Source: Terrimicrobiaceae bacterium
GTDB taxonomy: Bacteria; Verrucomicrobiota; Verrucomicrobiia; Chthoniobacterales; Terrimicrobiaceae
Direction of reading: 5' to 3'
Assembly: GCA_041752695.1 (NCBI GenBank)
Contig: JBGSVZ010000092.1
Coordinates: forward strand, 96,001-160,000
Length of the DNA: 64,000 bases
The notes under the pieces were generated by a model, which worked only from the letters and a program-made list of their open reading frames with translations, did no database searches and had not been told where the DNA came from. Below, in pieces: positions 42,886-52,528 of this stretch; positions within the stretch are counted from its first letter, which is position 1, and each line of letters begins with the position of its first letter. The position numbers and the translations under genes were made by a program.

Positions 42886-44009
42886 GTCTCCGATTCTCGA
42901 TCAAGCGGGGATACATCGTCCTGCTGGTGTGTTGCGCGATGCTTTTTGCGCTATTGGCATTTCATGAGTTTGTTCTGGAACCCTCCGCTTATGCGGCGGG
43001 AGGAGCCGGGGCCGGAATGCCCAAGTGGGTTGCCATCGTGGAGCTCGCTATCTACTGCTGCGTGCCCGTTATCCTCCTGGCCAGTTGGTTTCTCATCCGC
43101 CGCACTTTGCGTCCCCTGCATGAAATCGCCCGCCGGATCGACGCCTGGGATCCGGAACGGGGGCTGACCGCCCTGGATAAAACCGACACTCCCGAGACCC
43201 TGGCGGTCGCCCAATCGCTGGCCCGCGCGTCGGAACGGCTCCGGCGCGCCTTTCAGGAAATCCGCGAATTCTCGCTCCGTGCCTCGCATGAAATCAAAAC
43301 CCCTTTGACCATTCTGCGGGCACAGGCGGAAACCGAGGCCAGGCACGCCGAGTTGCGTTCCGACCCGCAGGGCGTCGCCCGGATGGAGTGTCAGATGGAG
43401 GAAATTGACCGTCTCGCACGGATGGTGGACAGCCTCGGGCTACTCTCGAAGGCCGACGCCGGCCTGCTCTCCCTCAACATCACCGCCGCACGTTTGGACG
43501 AGCTCGTGGAGGAATTTCTGGAGGACATCCGCGTCCTGGCCGAGCCGACCGGTCTGGTGGTTCAGACGAAGATCGAAGAGCCGGTCTTCGCGTTTTTCGA
43601 CCGCAAGAGAATGAGGCAGGTTTTCCTCTCTCTGGCGGAGAATGCCGTCAAATACAACACGCCGGGCGGAGTGATCGAAATCGGGGTTGGTGCGGCGAAA
43701 AAGGAAGCGGTGCTTTGGATTGAAAACACCGGGACTCACTTGGAAGCGCTGGAGTCTGGGAAAGTTTTTGAACCGTTTTATCGCGGGCGGCAAACTTCCC
43801 GGGAAATCGAAGGGGCGGGTCTGGGCCTGAGCATCGCCCGCTCGGTGATCGAAGCCCAGGGAGGGCACATCACGTTCACCTCGGTGCGTTCCAGTCGCAT
43901 TCGGGTGGCCGTGCATTTGCCTCCCGCTCCGGCGAGTGCCGAGGATACGGCCACCGTGCGCCGTTCGGTTCCCGTGCCCGGCGAACACGGGCTCGGCTCG
44001 GGCATCTGA
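42882..44009 (+). CDS. Membrane sensor histidine kinase (2 TM, HAMP-like, HisKA, HATPase)
   Basis: ATGA overlap with the regulator; ASHEIKTPLT, ENAVKY, FEPFYRG and GAGLGLSIA. Confidence 0.93.
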   Translation: MSLRFSIKRGYIVLLVCCAMLFALLAFHEFVLEPSAYAAGGAGAGMPKWVAIVELAIYCCVPVILLASWFLIRRTLRPLHEIARRIDAWDPERGLTALDKTDTPETLAVAQSLARASERLRRAFQEIREFSLRASHEIKTPLTILRAQAETEARHAELRSDPQGVARMECQMEEIDRLARMVDSLGLLSKADAGLLSLNITAARLDELVEEFLEDIRVLAEPTGLVVQTKIEEPVFAFFDRKRMRQVFLSLAENAVKYNTPGGVIEIGVGAAKKEAVLWIENTGTHLEALESGKVFEPFYRGRQTSREIEGAGLGLSIARSVIEAQGGHITFTSVRSSRIRVAVHLPPAPASAEDTATVRRSVPVPGEHGLGSGI

Positions 44010-44032
44010 GCCCGGCCGCGCCCGTTTCGAGG

Positions 44033-44243
44033 CTAGGCGTTAACCAGGAAATGATTTCAGTCTGGAATTCCTGGCTTTTTGATCAGCACGGTGACGGGAA
44101 CTTCCTTGGGAACCCCTGGCTGGCGGATCAGTTTGAGGCCCACCTCTTCGGGTCGGCGGTCAGCCTTGCGCGCATTCACCTCCTTGCAGGCAATCACGCA
44201 GTTTTCGAAGTTGCCTTCGCCTAGGGACAACCGCCGGCCGGTG
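44033..44243 (-). pseudogene. HNH endonuclease remnant
   Basis: Manual translation: HTGRRLSLGEGNFENCVIACKEVNARKADRRPEEVGLKLIRQPGVPKEVPVTVLIKKPGIPD*NHFLVNA*. No start codon, no DH..P..GG segment, in-frame TGA at 44057-44059. Confidence 0.7.
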
Positions 44244-44297
44244 TGGGAAGTCCGACTTGGAGAGGTAAAGACTAAGTCTTCCGGCAGACCGAAAGCC

Positions 44298-44954
44298 TTA
44301 GCGTTTCGTCTTTGGAGCGAGGCGCATCACCGAATCGTCAGCGATCGCCAGGAGGTATTCCTCCCGTCGCGGCCGCACGTTAAACCCGCCGGTGAAGGCG
44401 CCGAAGGCAGGGAGGATGCACTGGTTGGGGGACACCAGAAAGCAGGGTACCCGAAGTCGCTGGCGCCCCGGTCCCTGCATGCGCGCTACGGGGTGGAGGT
44501 GACCGCAGAGGGTAAATTCTTGGGACTCCTCCGCTGGATGGTGTCGGAGTTTCCAGGGTCCAAGGGAAAATCCTTCGGGTTCCATTTTCAAACCGCATTC
44601 CCTGGCAATTTCGTCAGCGTGCCGGTCGTGGTTGCCCGCAATGACCAACATCTCGCAGCCGGTCTGGAGCTCCCGCCAGCGGCGGATGGCTGGGACGGAT
44701 TCTGCGGCGTAGACGGAATGAAACAGGTCGCCGAGGATAACAAGTCGGCGGGCACGGGTGGTGCGGAGGAGTTGGGAGAGCCGGGTCAGGTTATCCTCGA
44801 CGGCTCCCGGCGGGGTCCAGAGGCTGGCGGAGCGGAAGGTGGCGTCTTTGCCAAAATGGACATCGGCAATAAAAACCGTCTCTTCCCACACCAGCGCCCG
44901 TGAGGCGGTGGCGAGGACGCGGTGGCCCGCCAGATCGAGGGGAAGGTCAGGCAC
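44298..44954 (-). CDS. pdeM: Ligase-associated DNA damage response metallophosphoesterase/endonuclease
   Basis: ADVHFGK, LGDLFH, GNHD, GHLHP and LPAFGAFTGG; overlaps the helicase gene. Confidence 0.92.
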   Translation of the reverse strand: MPDLPLDLAGHRVLATASRALVWEETVFIADVHFGKDATFRSASLWTPPGAVEDNLTRLSQLLRTTRARRLVILGDLFHSVYAAESVPAIRRWRELQTGCEMLVIAGNHDRHADEIARECGLKMEPEGFSLGPWKLRHHPAEESQEFTLCGHLHPVARMQGPGRQRLRVPCFLVSPNQCILPAFGAFTGGFNVRPRREEYLLAIADDSVMRLAPKTKR

Positions 44955-47427
44955 GGCGGGAGGAGGGAGACGCGGATTTTTCCATCACGACTTCCATACG
45001 TCGGATGCGGTCGGAGAGTTTTTCCGAACTGAGTTGCTGGCGCAGGCGTTCAACAAAAAGCGGGTAGGCGAGGGGAGAGGGAGACGGGATCTCCGCGAGG
45101 AGGAGGTTTTTGGTGCGCATGGCGGAGAGGGTCGAACGGAGGCGGCTTTCTTCGAGTTGGTTTTCCAGCACCTCCCGGGTGGCCTGCTGGAGAAGGCGGT
45201 TGGAGGGCTCGTAGCGTTCGAAGACATTGTATAGCAGTGAGGAGGAGACCAGCAGTTGGCGGGTGGATTTGCGCGAGCGTCCCACGCCTTCCGGGGTGAG
45301 TCCCGCGATACGGGCGATCTCGCGAAATTGCCGACGTGCCAATTCCGCGGCGTTGATGCTGGCGAGAATGTCATCCACCAACTGGTTCTCGCTGAAAAGC
45401 CCGTCGGCGATGGCCTGCTCCAAGGGGGCTTCGTCAGGGGAGAGAAGTTCGAACCCGTAGTCGTTGACGGAGAGGGAAAAGGACAGCGGTCGTAATTTGG
45501 CCAGACGATAAGCGCAAAGCGTGGCGAGTCCTTCATGCACCAGTCGGCCTTCGAAGGGATAAATAAACAGATGGTGGCCTTCACGGGAAGTCAGGCGTTC
45601 GATCAGAAGGTCGCCGCTGCCGGGAATGTGGGAGAGGGCTTTCTGAATATCCAGAATACCGCGCAGACGCTCCATTTCCGGCGTATCCAGGAGGCCGGCT
45701 CGGGCGGATTCCAGGCGTTCGCGCACGCCTTCTGAGAGCCGGCTGGAAAGCGGCAGCCTTCCGCCCATCCAGCGGGGCACCCCCCGCGGTCCGGCTCTGG
45801 CCACGCGGACCGTGGCACGGAGGTCTCGTACGCGAATGAGCTCCAGAGATTTTCCGGCAAAAAGGAAGCGGTCGCCGGGCCGGAGTTTCGCGACAAAAGA
45901 TTCCTCGACCGACCCCAGCCTCTGCCCGTTGGCAAATTGTACGCTCACCGAGGCTTCGCTTGTGATGGTTCCGATCCCCATGCGGTGCTGGCGGGCAAAG
46001 GCGTCGTCGCGTAAAACGAACTCGCCGTCCTGCTTTCGCAGCCTGACGAATTGGGGGTAGCCGTGCAAACTGGCTCCTCCGCGCGCGGCAAAATCGAGCG
46101 ACCATTGCCACTCGTCGTCGGTCACCGTGCGATAGGCGTGGGTGGTGCGGATTTCTTTCAAAAGGGTCTCTTCTGAGAACCCCGGGCTTCCGATTTCCAT
46201 GCCCCCCGCGGCGACGGTGACCACATGCTGGCAGAGGACATCGAGGGGATTGTGGAGCGGCGGGCGGTTTTCGATTTTGCCCGCCAGTGCGAGGTCGCGG
46301 GCGGCGGCTATTTCCACGAGTTCGAAGGTGTTGGCGGGCACACAATAAATGGTGCTCTCGGCGCCGGGCTGGTGGCCGCTGCGGCCCGCCCGCTGCAAAA
46401 GACGTGCCACCCCTTTCGGGCTTCCGATTTGCAGCACGGCATCCACCGGGGCGAAATCCACGCCGAGGTCGAGGCTGGATGTGGACACCACTGCGCGGAG
46501 TTGCCCGGAGCGCAGACCCTCCTCGGCATGGGCCCGCACTTCCTGGGAAAGCGATCCATGGTGCAAGCCAATGCGGTCCGCCCAATCCGGCATCGCTTCC
46601 GTCAGCGCCCGAAACCAGAGTTCGGCTTGCGAGCGTGTGTTGGTGAAGACAATGCTGCTGGCATGTCTGCGCAGGAGAGCAATGACCCCCGGAACCAGCT
46701 GGAGGCCGAGATGGCCGCCCCAAGGATAGCGGTCCTCGGCGGGCGGAAGAAGGGTGGTGATGGACAGTTTTTTCGCGATTTTCCCCTGCACAATCCGCAT
46801 GGGCCTGGCGACGCCTTCCGGCAAGTATCCTCCCAACGCGGTGGCGGCTTCGGCGGTGTTGCCCAGGGTAGCCGACAGCCCCCAGAGGCGCGCAGCGGGA
46901 GCGAGGGAACGGAGCCGGGCGAGGGAAAGCTCCAGCAGGACGCCGCGTTTCGAAGAAAGGAGTTCGTGCCACTCGTCCACCACGACCAAACGAAGAGAGG
47001 CGAAATGCGGGAGGAAACCCGGCTGGCTGAGCAATAAACTAAGACTCTCGGGTGTGGTGATGAGCGTTTCGGGAGGTTTCTCCGCGATCTTTTTTCGGGT
47101 ATAGGCAGAGGTGTCGCCGGTGCGTCGTCCCACTTTCCACGTGGGCCAAATCTCCGCCGTCGGTGTTGCCAGGGCGTTTTCGGTATCTGTGGCGAGCGCT
47201 CGAAGAGGCGTGATCCAAAGAACCCGCATGCCACCGCCTTGGTCCCGTCGCCGGATCGCTTCCTCCAGGGCCGCGAAATAGACCGCGTAAGTTTTTCCCG
47301 TGCCTGTGGTGGAATGGAGAAGCCCGGATTCGCCCGCCAGAAACGCCTTCCCCGTCTCGCGTTGAAACGGAAAGGGTGTCCAGCCCTGCGCGCGGAACCA
47401 TTGGCGGGGAGAGAGGGAGGAGGGCAT
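44947..47427 (-). CDS. Ligase-associated DNA damage response DEXH-box helicase (Lhr-core)
   Basis: TGTGKT, ITPLRAL, VVDEWHELL, GLSAT, HHGSL, SSLDLGVDF, QRAGRSGH and YPFEGRLVHEGL. Confidence 0.93.
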   Translation of the reverse strand: MPSSLSPRQWFRAQGWTPFPFQRETGKAFLAGESGLLHSTTGTGKTYAVYFAALEEAIRRRDQGGGMRVLWITPLRALATDTENALATPTAEIWPTWKVGRRTGDTSAYTRKKIAEKPPETLITTPESLSLLLSQPGFLPHFASLRLVVVDEWHELLSSKRGVLLELSLARLRSLAPAARLWGLSATLGNTAEAATALGGYLPEGVARPMRIVQGKIAKKLSITTLLPPAEDRYPWGGHLGLQLVPGVIALLRRHASSIVFTNTRSQAELWFRALTEAMPDWADRIGLHHGSLSQEVRAHAEEGLRSGQLRAVVSTSSLDLGVDFAPVDAVLQIGSPKGVARLLQRAGRSGHQPGAESTIYCVPANTFELVEIAAARDLALAGKIENRPPLHNPLDVLCQHVVTVAAGGMEIGSPGFSEETLLKEIRTTHAYRTVTDDEWQWSLDFAARGGASLHGYPQFVRLRKQDGEFVLRDDAFARQHRMGIGTITSEASVSVQFANGQRLGSVEESFVAKLRPGDRFLFAGKSLELIRVRDLRATVRVARAGPRGVPRWMGGRLPLSSRLSEGVRERLESARAGLLDTPEMERLRGILDIQKALSHIPGSGDLLIERLTSREGHHLFIYPFEGRLVHEGLATLCAYRLAKLRPLSFSLSVNDYGFELLSPDEAPLEQAIADGLFSENQLVDDILASINAAELARRQFREIARIAGLTPEGVGRSRKSTRQLLVSSSLLYNVFERYEPSNRLLQQATREVLENQLEESRLRSTLSAMRTKNLLLAEIPSPSPLAYPLFVERLRQQLSSEKLSDRIRRMEVVMEKSASPSSRRA

Positions 47428-47496
47428 TCTCCAGGAAAACGCCGCAGCCAGAGATTTGGTCGCCTTAAATTTGCTTTCAGCTGGACCCGCAGGGGA

Positions 47497-49842
47497 TCAA
47501 CTGCGCGCGATGCGCAAGGTTGTGACCAGCGGCAAATGATCGGAAGCGACCCGGGTGAGATGATTATTGGGCGCGAAAACGGTTTCTGGTGAAAAATGGG
47601 GTGACACGAAGATGTGATCCAATTGAGCGACCAACCGGATGGTGCTGAACGTCCGCACGCCGCGTCGGTACGTGCCGGCCACATCGCGCAGACGGGAGGC
47701 GGCAAGTCGGTGCGCGGGGCTCCCTGGCGTGAGATTGAGATCGCCGCAGAGGATCACCGGCTCCCGGTCCAACACGTGACCGATCCATTCGTCGCCAAGG
47801 AGGGCCGTCATTTGTTGGAAGCGTTCCGCCGCCGTAAGTCCGAGGTGGGTCGCCAGAAGATGGAGAGAACTTCCGGGCGCCTGAATATGCAGCCAGAGGG
47901 CACCACGAGGTTCGGGCCACATCCCTCCAGGATGGGCGGGCAGGGGTGCGCATTTGATGATTTTGAAGGGCCAGCGGCTGAGCACGGCGTGACCGTAGCG
48001 CTCCTCGCCGCAGATCACCGTCGGACAGAACGCGAGAAAAAATCCAAGTTGCTCCGCGATCAATCCCGCCTGGTCTTCAGCGCGCGAACGGGCTTTTCCC
48101 TGGTCGAGTTCCTGCAGGGCCACGATGTCGACACGCTGTTGGTGGATTGCCCGGGCAATTCGCCGTGGGGAAATGCGGCCGTCCATTCCTCTGCAGCTGT
48201 GAACGTTGTAGCTCATGACGGTCACGCTTTCGTTTTTGGAATCCGTTAACCGAGACTGCCCCGGCAAGGCTTCGCGGCCCAGGAGAGATCGGGCGGCCGC
48301 ACGGAGACCGGATGGGCGGACGAAGTGCTCGGCACCTTGTGGGAGCAGCGTCCCAGGGGGTACAAGGAGGAAACCTTGCGTTTCCTCTAGGCCAGGACCG
48401 GCGTGCCCGCCGCGCTCTGGTGCGAAGGACCAGGATTTGTTCTCACCGCCCCAGCCGAGTAGGATGAGATCACCCGCGTTTTTGCTCCGGGCAAAAATTT
48501 GCAGATCGGTGATCAATTCCGCCCGGAGGGTCTCCGGATGGCGTGCGAGGGTAGGGGGGACCTCCTGGGACAAAAGCGTTTCGCCTTGCGCATCGTGCCA
48601 GGTGACTTCCCCGTCGCAGGAGACGCACAGAACCCCAGGAATGTGTTCGACGAGACGCCGGGCGAGGGCCGTCTTTTGTGCGTCGTCCATAGGGTGGGGA
48701 AAGTAGAGATGCCCCACGGGCCCCATGGCAGCAAGGGCGAATGGTTTGTCTTGGGAAAACACGGCGGCCGGAGCTGTTCTTTGCGGGCGGAGGAGTGGGC
48801 GGCGGGGTGGCGAACGAAAGGGCGCGTCCTTCTCCCGTGCCAGGTCCAGACAGTCGGAAACGATACCCTCAAGGCCTCCGGAAACTTCGGAGGCGATGGA
48901 TCGCGTGCGCTCCTGACCATGATCGGAAAAGATCCACACCTGGTAATCCCGACGACGTGAACGGTGGGCTTCTCGCCAAAGTTTCTCAATCGCGATGTCG
49001 ATTCCTCGGAGGGACCAATGCGCAAAGGCGGAGTGCGGCCCTCGGCGGTGCGAAAGTTCGTCGTATCCCAGGAAGTTGACATGAACGATGGGCAGACCCC
49101 TGGCGAGATCCACTCTGGCGCCAACGGTGACCACTTCGCGGAGGCCGATGCCCACCCCCATGCGCGAAAGAAGCATGCCGAGTTCCATCAGCACATTGCG
49201 GCCTCTCAGGATGCCCATGACTGCGTCGCCCAGCCCCAGAATCAGCTCCAGCGCCACCAATACCAGGATGCGCAGCACCGCTGGAATCTCCAGGAGCAGA
49301 AAGAGGAAAAAGCTTCCGAATTTTCCCGTTCTCCAGAGGGTGGACAGGCCCAGGCTGGCCACGCAGAAATGGCTCTCATCCGGCGACGCTCCGCCTGTGT
49401 AGATGTTCGACCAGGAACTGCCGTCTTTCAGAAGCCCCTCTGCGTTTTCCGAGAACTTGCTTTCGAACGTCTTTGCCCATTCGGAGTCGAACATCGAGCC
49501 CATCTCGCCGCGTTCCCGATCTAGAAAACTGAACGCCGGAACCCCCGCTTGCACCCCGTAATAAAGTTCCGCTTGCACGGCGGGGGTGGTGGTCGGGGCT
49601 CCCGGGTAGAAGGTATGCAACGGACAACCGCGCTGGATCAGCCCCCGCAGAAACGGCATTCGATTTGAGGCCACGGCCGTTTCCATCTGGTGACGGGACA
49701 GACCGTCGATCTGAATCAGCAACAATCCCGGTTCTTCTCCGGTGTCATTCGAAACCGGCAATCCAAACCGGCGAATCGCCCATTCACTGCGGCTGAAACG
49801 GCGGCGCAAACGATGAAAAAACGATTCCAGGGTGGCCAGCAC
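47497..49842 (-). CDS. Alkaline-phosphatase-superfamily domain fused to an endonuclease/exonuclease/phosphatase (EEP) domain
   Basis: N-terminal IQIDGLS, TTTPAVQ, YDELSHRRGP, FSDHGQ and GGHAG; C-terminal SYNVH, VALQE, CGDLN, LDHIF and ASDHLP. Confidence 0.88.
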   Translation of the reverse strand: MLATLESFFHRLRRRFSRSEWAIRRFGLPVSNDTGEEPGLLLIQIDGLSRHQMETAVASNRMPFLRGLIQRGCPLHTFYPGAPTTTPAVQAELYYGVQAGVPAFSFLDRERGEMGSMFDSEWAKTFESKFSENAEGLLKDGSSWSNIYTGGASPDESHFCVASLGLSTLWRTGKFGSFFLFLLLEIPAVLRILVLVALELILGLGDAVMGILRGRNVLMELGMLLSRMGVGIGLREVVTVGARVDLARGLPIVHVNFLGYDELSHRRGPHSAFAHWSLRGIDIAIEKLWREAHRSRRRDYQVWIFSDHGQERTRSIASEVSGGLEGIVSDCLDLAREKDAPFRSPPRRPLLRPQRTAPAAVFSQDKPFALAAMGPVGHLYFPHPMDDAQKTALARRLVEHIPGVLCVSCDGEVTWHDAQGETLLSQEVPPTLARHPETLRAELITDLQIFARSKNAGDLILLGWGGENKSWSFAPERGGHAGPGLEETQGFLLVPPGTLLPQGAEHFVRPSGLRAAARSLLGREALPGQSRLTDSKNESVTVMSYNVHSCRGMDGRISPRRIARAIHQQRVDIVALQELDQGKARSRAEDQAGLIAEQLGFFLAFCPTVICGEERYGHAVLSRWPFKIIKCAPLPAHPGGMWPEPRGALWLHIQAPGSSLHLLATHLGLTAAERFQQMTALLGDEWIGHVLDREPVILCGDLNLTPGSPAHRLAASRLRDVAGTYRRGVRTFSTIRLVAQLDHIFVSPHFSPETVFAPNNHLTRVASDHLPLVTTLRIARS

Positions 49843-49946
49843 GTGATGATTGTTGACGAGAGGATCGCAGGCCGCGCGACAATCGCGTCTATGGAATTGG
49901 GAAGCTTTGCCTTTGCGGATTTTTCCCCTACGGTCCGCCCGGCCTC

Positions 49947-51989
49947 ATGAAAACTTTTGCCATCCGCTTATTGTGCGCCGTCCTGGGATGGATCGTGGTG
50001 GGATTCGCCAGCGCGTCTGAACTTCCGCCCGCCGAGGCGGTCAAGGTGCTTTCGCCAGCTTATGCGCGTTACCTGGATGTCGTTTCCCGCACGAAACAGC
50101 TGCGGAAAGCGGGAGACACCGCGGGCCTCGAAGCGCTCGCGGCGGAACTACGCCAGAGCCGGGATGCGCTCGACGGTGGGACGTGGCTGCTTTCGCATTT
50201 CTACGGCACTGCCGTCTTGATCCCGGATGAGGAGCCGGCGGCGGGTGAAGCGATGATGTTTTATGAAACCTGGGCGAAGGAACGGCCGGAAAACATCACG
50301 GCCCAGGTGTGCCTGGCAAAGGCCCTGACGTCCTACGCCTGGACGGCGCGCGGCACCGGATGGGCCCGCACGGTCACTCCCGAAGGCTGGCGTCTGATGG
50401 AAGAACGTCTCGATCGCGCCTGGGACGTGCTGGAACGGGCGGGTGAGCTCGAGGAGGAATGTCCGGGTTGGTTCGAGGTCGGACAATCCGTCGGACTCGG
50501 GCAGGGTTGGGAGCGCGAAGACTATCTTGGTTTTGTCCAGGACGCCATTGCTCGCGAACCGACTTATGGCCGGTATTACACCAATGCCTGCTACTGGCTG
50601 TTGCCGCGCTGGCATGGCGAGGAGGGGGATTTTGAAAAATGGATCGCGGAGCAGGCGGATTCCCAGCCTGAGGATAAACGGGACTGGCAGTATGCCCGGC
50701 TGGTTTGGATGGCCAACATGATGCCGGTCAAAAAAGAATTGGTTTTTGCGCATGGGCGGCTCGATTGGGAGCGCACGAAACGAGGCTTCGAAGCGTGGCT
50801 GGCTTCGGATCCGGAGAACCTGAATGTGCGTTTCCAATACACCGGGCTCGCGCTTTTGGCGGGCGATCGGGAGACGGCTCGCGCGCAGTTCGATGTGACC
50901 GGAGGGAAATATTTTCCCGGCACGTGGAAGGACGTGGCGCAGTTCGAACAGGCCAGGAAATTTGCCTACGAGGGCGGGGTGAATCCGCGGGCGGCGCAGA
51001 AACCGCAGCCGAAACCGCGGCGTGAAATTACCCCGGAGGCCAAGGCGAAAGTTGCGCTCATCCTGCGGGTCGCGGGAGGTTTTATGGGGGGTGCCTTGGC
51101 GGGTGCCTGTCTGCTGGTCCTGGCCATGCAACGTCGGGAAACCACGGCGGGTGTGGTGGCCCTCCTCGCTAGCCTGGTGGCGGGAGCGGCCTTTGGCACG
51201 CTGGCAACGTTGGTTCCGGCGGCGGCGCTTTATCTGTTTCTGCGGCGAAAAAAATTGACCCACCCGCCCGAACTTTTCCCCCCTTCCGGCTGGATGGTCC
51301 TGCTCTGGGTGGTGGTCCTGGCGGGCGCATTTCTGGTCTTCCAGGTCGGCGCGGTGGCGCTTTCCATGATTCCTTCCTTGCTGGAAGGTGCTGGTGCAAT
51401 GAGCGATCAGGTCGTCATCGCGCTTAGTCGCGATGGTACCGTGTTCCGGCAGATCGTCCTGGCCGGATGGCTGTGTTTTCTGGGTCTGCTCATTGCCTGC
51501 CGTCCGCAAAACCGCGAGGGCTGGCAGCGGATCCTGGGTTTGCACGGTCTACGGTGGGGACCTGCGATTTGGTGGACGCTCGGGGTCGGGCTGGCTGTCA
51601 CCGGCGTGGGGTATTTCGCCGAACCCTACATGGACGCCCAATCTCGCGATGCGCTCATAATGATCGCCGAAGGGGTGCATTCGCCGTTCTGGTTTTTCCT
51701 GGCCGTGGCCGTGGTGGGTCCGGTCCATGAGGAGCTGATTTTCCGAGGGTATGCGTATTCCGGCTGGATCACCAAAATGGGCGTGTGGGGAGCCATCCTC
51801 GTGCCCGCGATCCTCTTCACTCTCTGCCACATCCAATACGGCTGGGTGGGCTTGCTTTATGTGTTCGTGATGGGATCGGCCCTGGGATTCCTACGCTGGA
51901 AAACGGGCAGCATTTATCCGAGTCTTGCCCTCCACATGTTCGCCAATCTCATCCATTGCGTGGAGGCCGCGGTTAAGGCCGGGATCTAG
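49947..51989 (+). CDS. DUF4034-like periplasmic domain fused to a CPBP (CAAX/Abi) intramembrane metalloprotease
   Basis: Signal peptide; AWTARGTGWA and LLPRWHG; many TM helices; EELIFRG, FTLCH and HMFAN. Confidence 0.85.
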   Translation: MKTFAIRLLCAVLGWIVVGFASASELPPAEAVKVLSPAYARYLDVVSRTKQLRKAGDTAGLEALAAELRQSRDALDGGTWLLSHFYGTAVLIPDEEPAAGEAMMFYETWAKERPENITAQVCLAKALTSYAWTARGTGWARTVTPEGWRLMEERLDRAWDVLERAGELEEECPGWFEVGQSVGLGQGWEREDYLGFVQDAIAREPTYGRYYTNACYWLLPRWHGEEGDFEKWIAEQADSQPEDKRDWQYARLVWMANMMPVKKELVFAHGRLDWERTKRGFEAWLASDPENLNVRFQYTGLALLAGDRETARAQFDVTGGKYFPGTWKDVAQFEQARKFAYEGGVNPRAAQKPQPKPRREITPEAKAKVALILRVAGGFMGGALAGACLLVLAMQRRETTAGVVALLASLVAGAAFGTLATLVPAAALYLFLRRKKLTHPPELFPPSGWMVLLWVVVLAGAFLVFQVGAVALSMIPSLLEGAGAMSDQVVIALSRDGTVFRQIVLAGWLCFLGLLIACRPQNREGWQRILGLHGLRWGPAIWWTLGVGLAVTGVGYFAEPYMDAQSRDALIMIAEGVHSPFWFFLAVAVVGPVHEELIFRGYAYSGWITKMGVWGAILVPAILFTLCHIQYGWVGLLYVFVMGSALGFLRWKTGSIYPSLALHMFANLIHCVEAAVKAGI

Positions 51990-52087
51990 CCACGCATCGG
52001 GTGGGGCCCTGAAGAGGGGTGGGGGGAGGCAGCCAGGCGGGCTAACGGTTGCGATTCCGCAAGTCTGCGCAATCCCAAAGCAAACTC

Positions 52088-52528
52088 ATGAAAACTTCCG
52101 ACCACTGCATCGCCATCTGTAACAAGCTTCTTCGGGGGGAACGCTCCGCGGTGGAAACCTACGACCAGGCCATCACCAAGTGCACGGACGAACCCGTCCT
52201 GGCCGAACTTCACCGCCTTCGGGGGGAACACAGTTTTTCCGTCAGCACCTTGGAAACCAATGTTCGTGCGATGGGAGGGCAGCCGGACGACAGTTCGGGA
52301 TTGTGGGGAGCTTTTGCGAACGCAGTCCAGGGTACGGCTAATGCCCTCGGGGCCGACTTCGCTCTCGAAGTTCTTCAAAGTGGCGAAAAGAGCGGGCAAC
52401 TCGACTATGAGGAGGCGTTGAGCGATGATTCCGTCATTCCGGAATGCAAGACTCTCATCCGGTCCGAACTCCTCCCGAAACTTCAGGAGCACATCGACGC
52501 GCTGGAACGGTTGCAGCAGGTCGCCTGA
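52088..52528 (+). CDS. PA2169/DUF2383-family ferritin-like four-helix-bundle protein
   Basis: NKLLRGERSAVETYDQA..SSGLWGAFA..GEKSGQLDYEEAL. Confidence 0.85.
   Translation: MKTSDHCIAICNKLLRGERSAVETYDQAITKCTDEPVLAELHRLRGEHSFSVSTLETNVRAMGGQPDDSSGLWGAFANAVQGTANALGADFALEVLQSGEKSGQLDYEEALSDDSVIPECKTLIRSELLPKLQEHIDALERLQQVA

Noticed and set aside
44057..44059. In-frame TGA as recoding (Trp or selenocysteine)
   Set aside because: Many intact genes here end in TGA, and the surrounding frame is otherwise broken, so decay is the simpler explanation.
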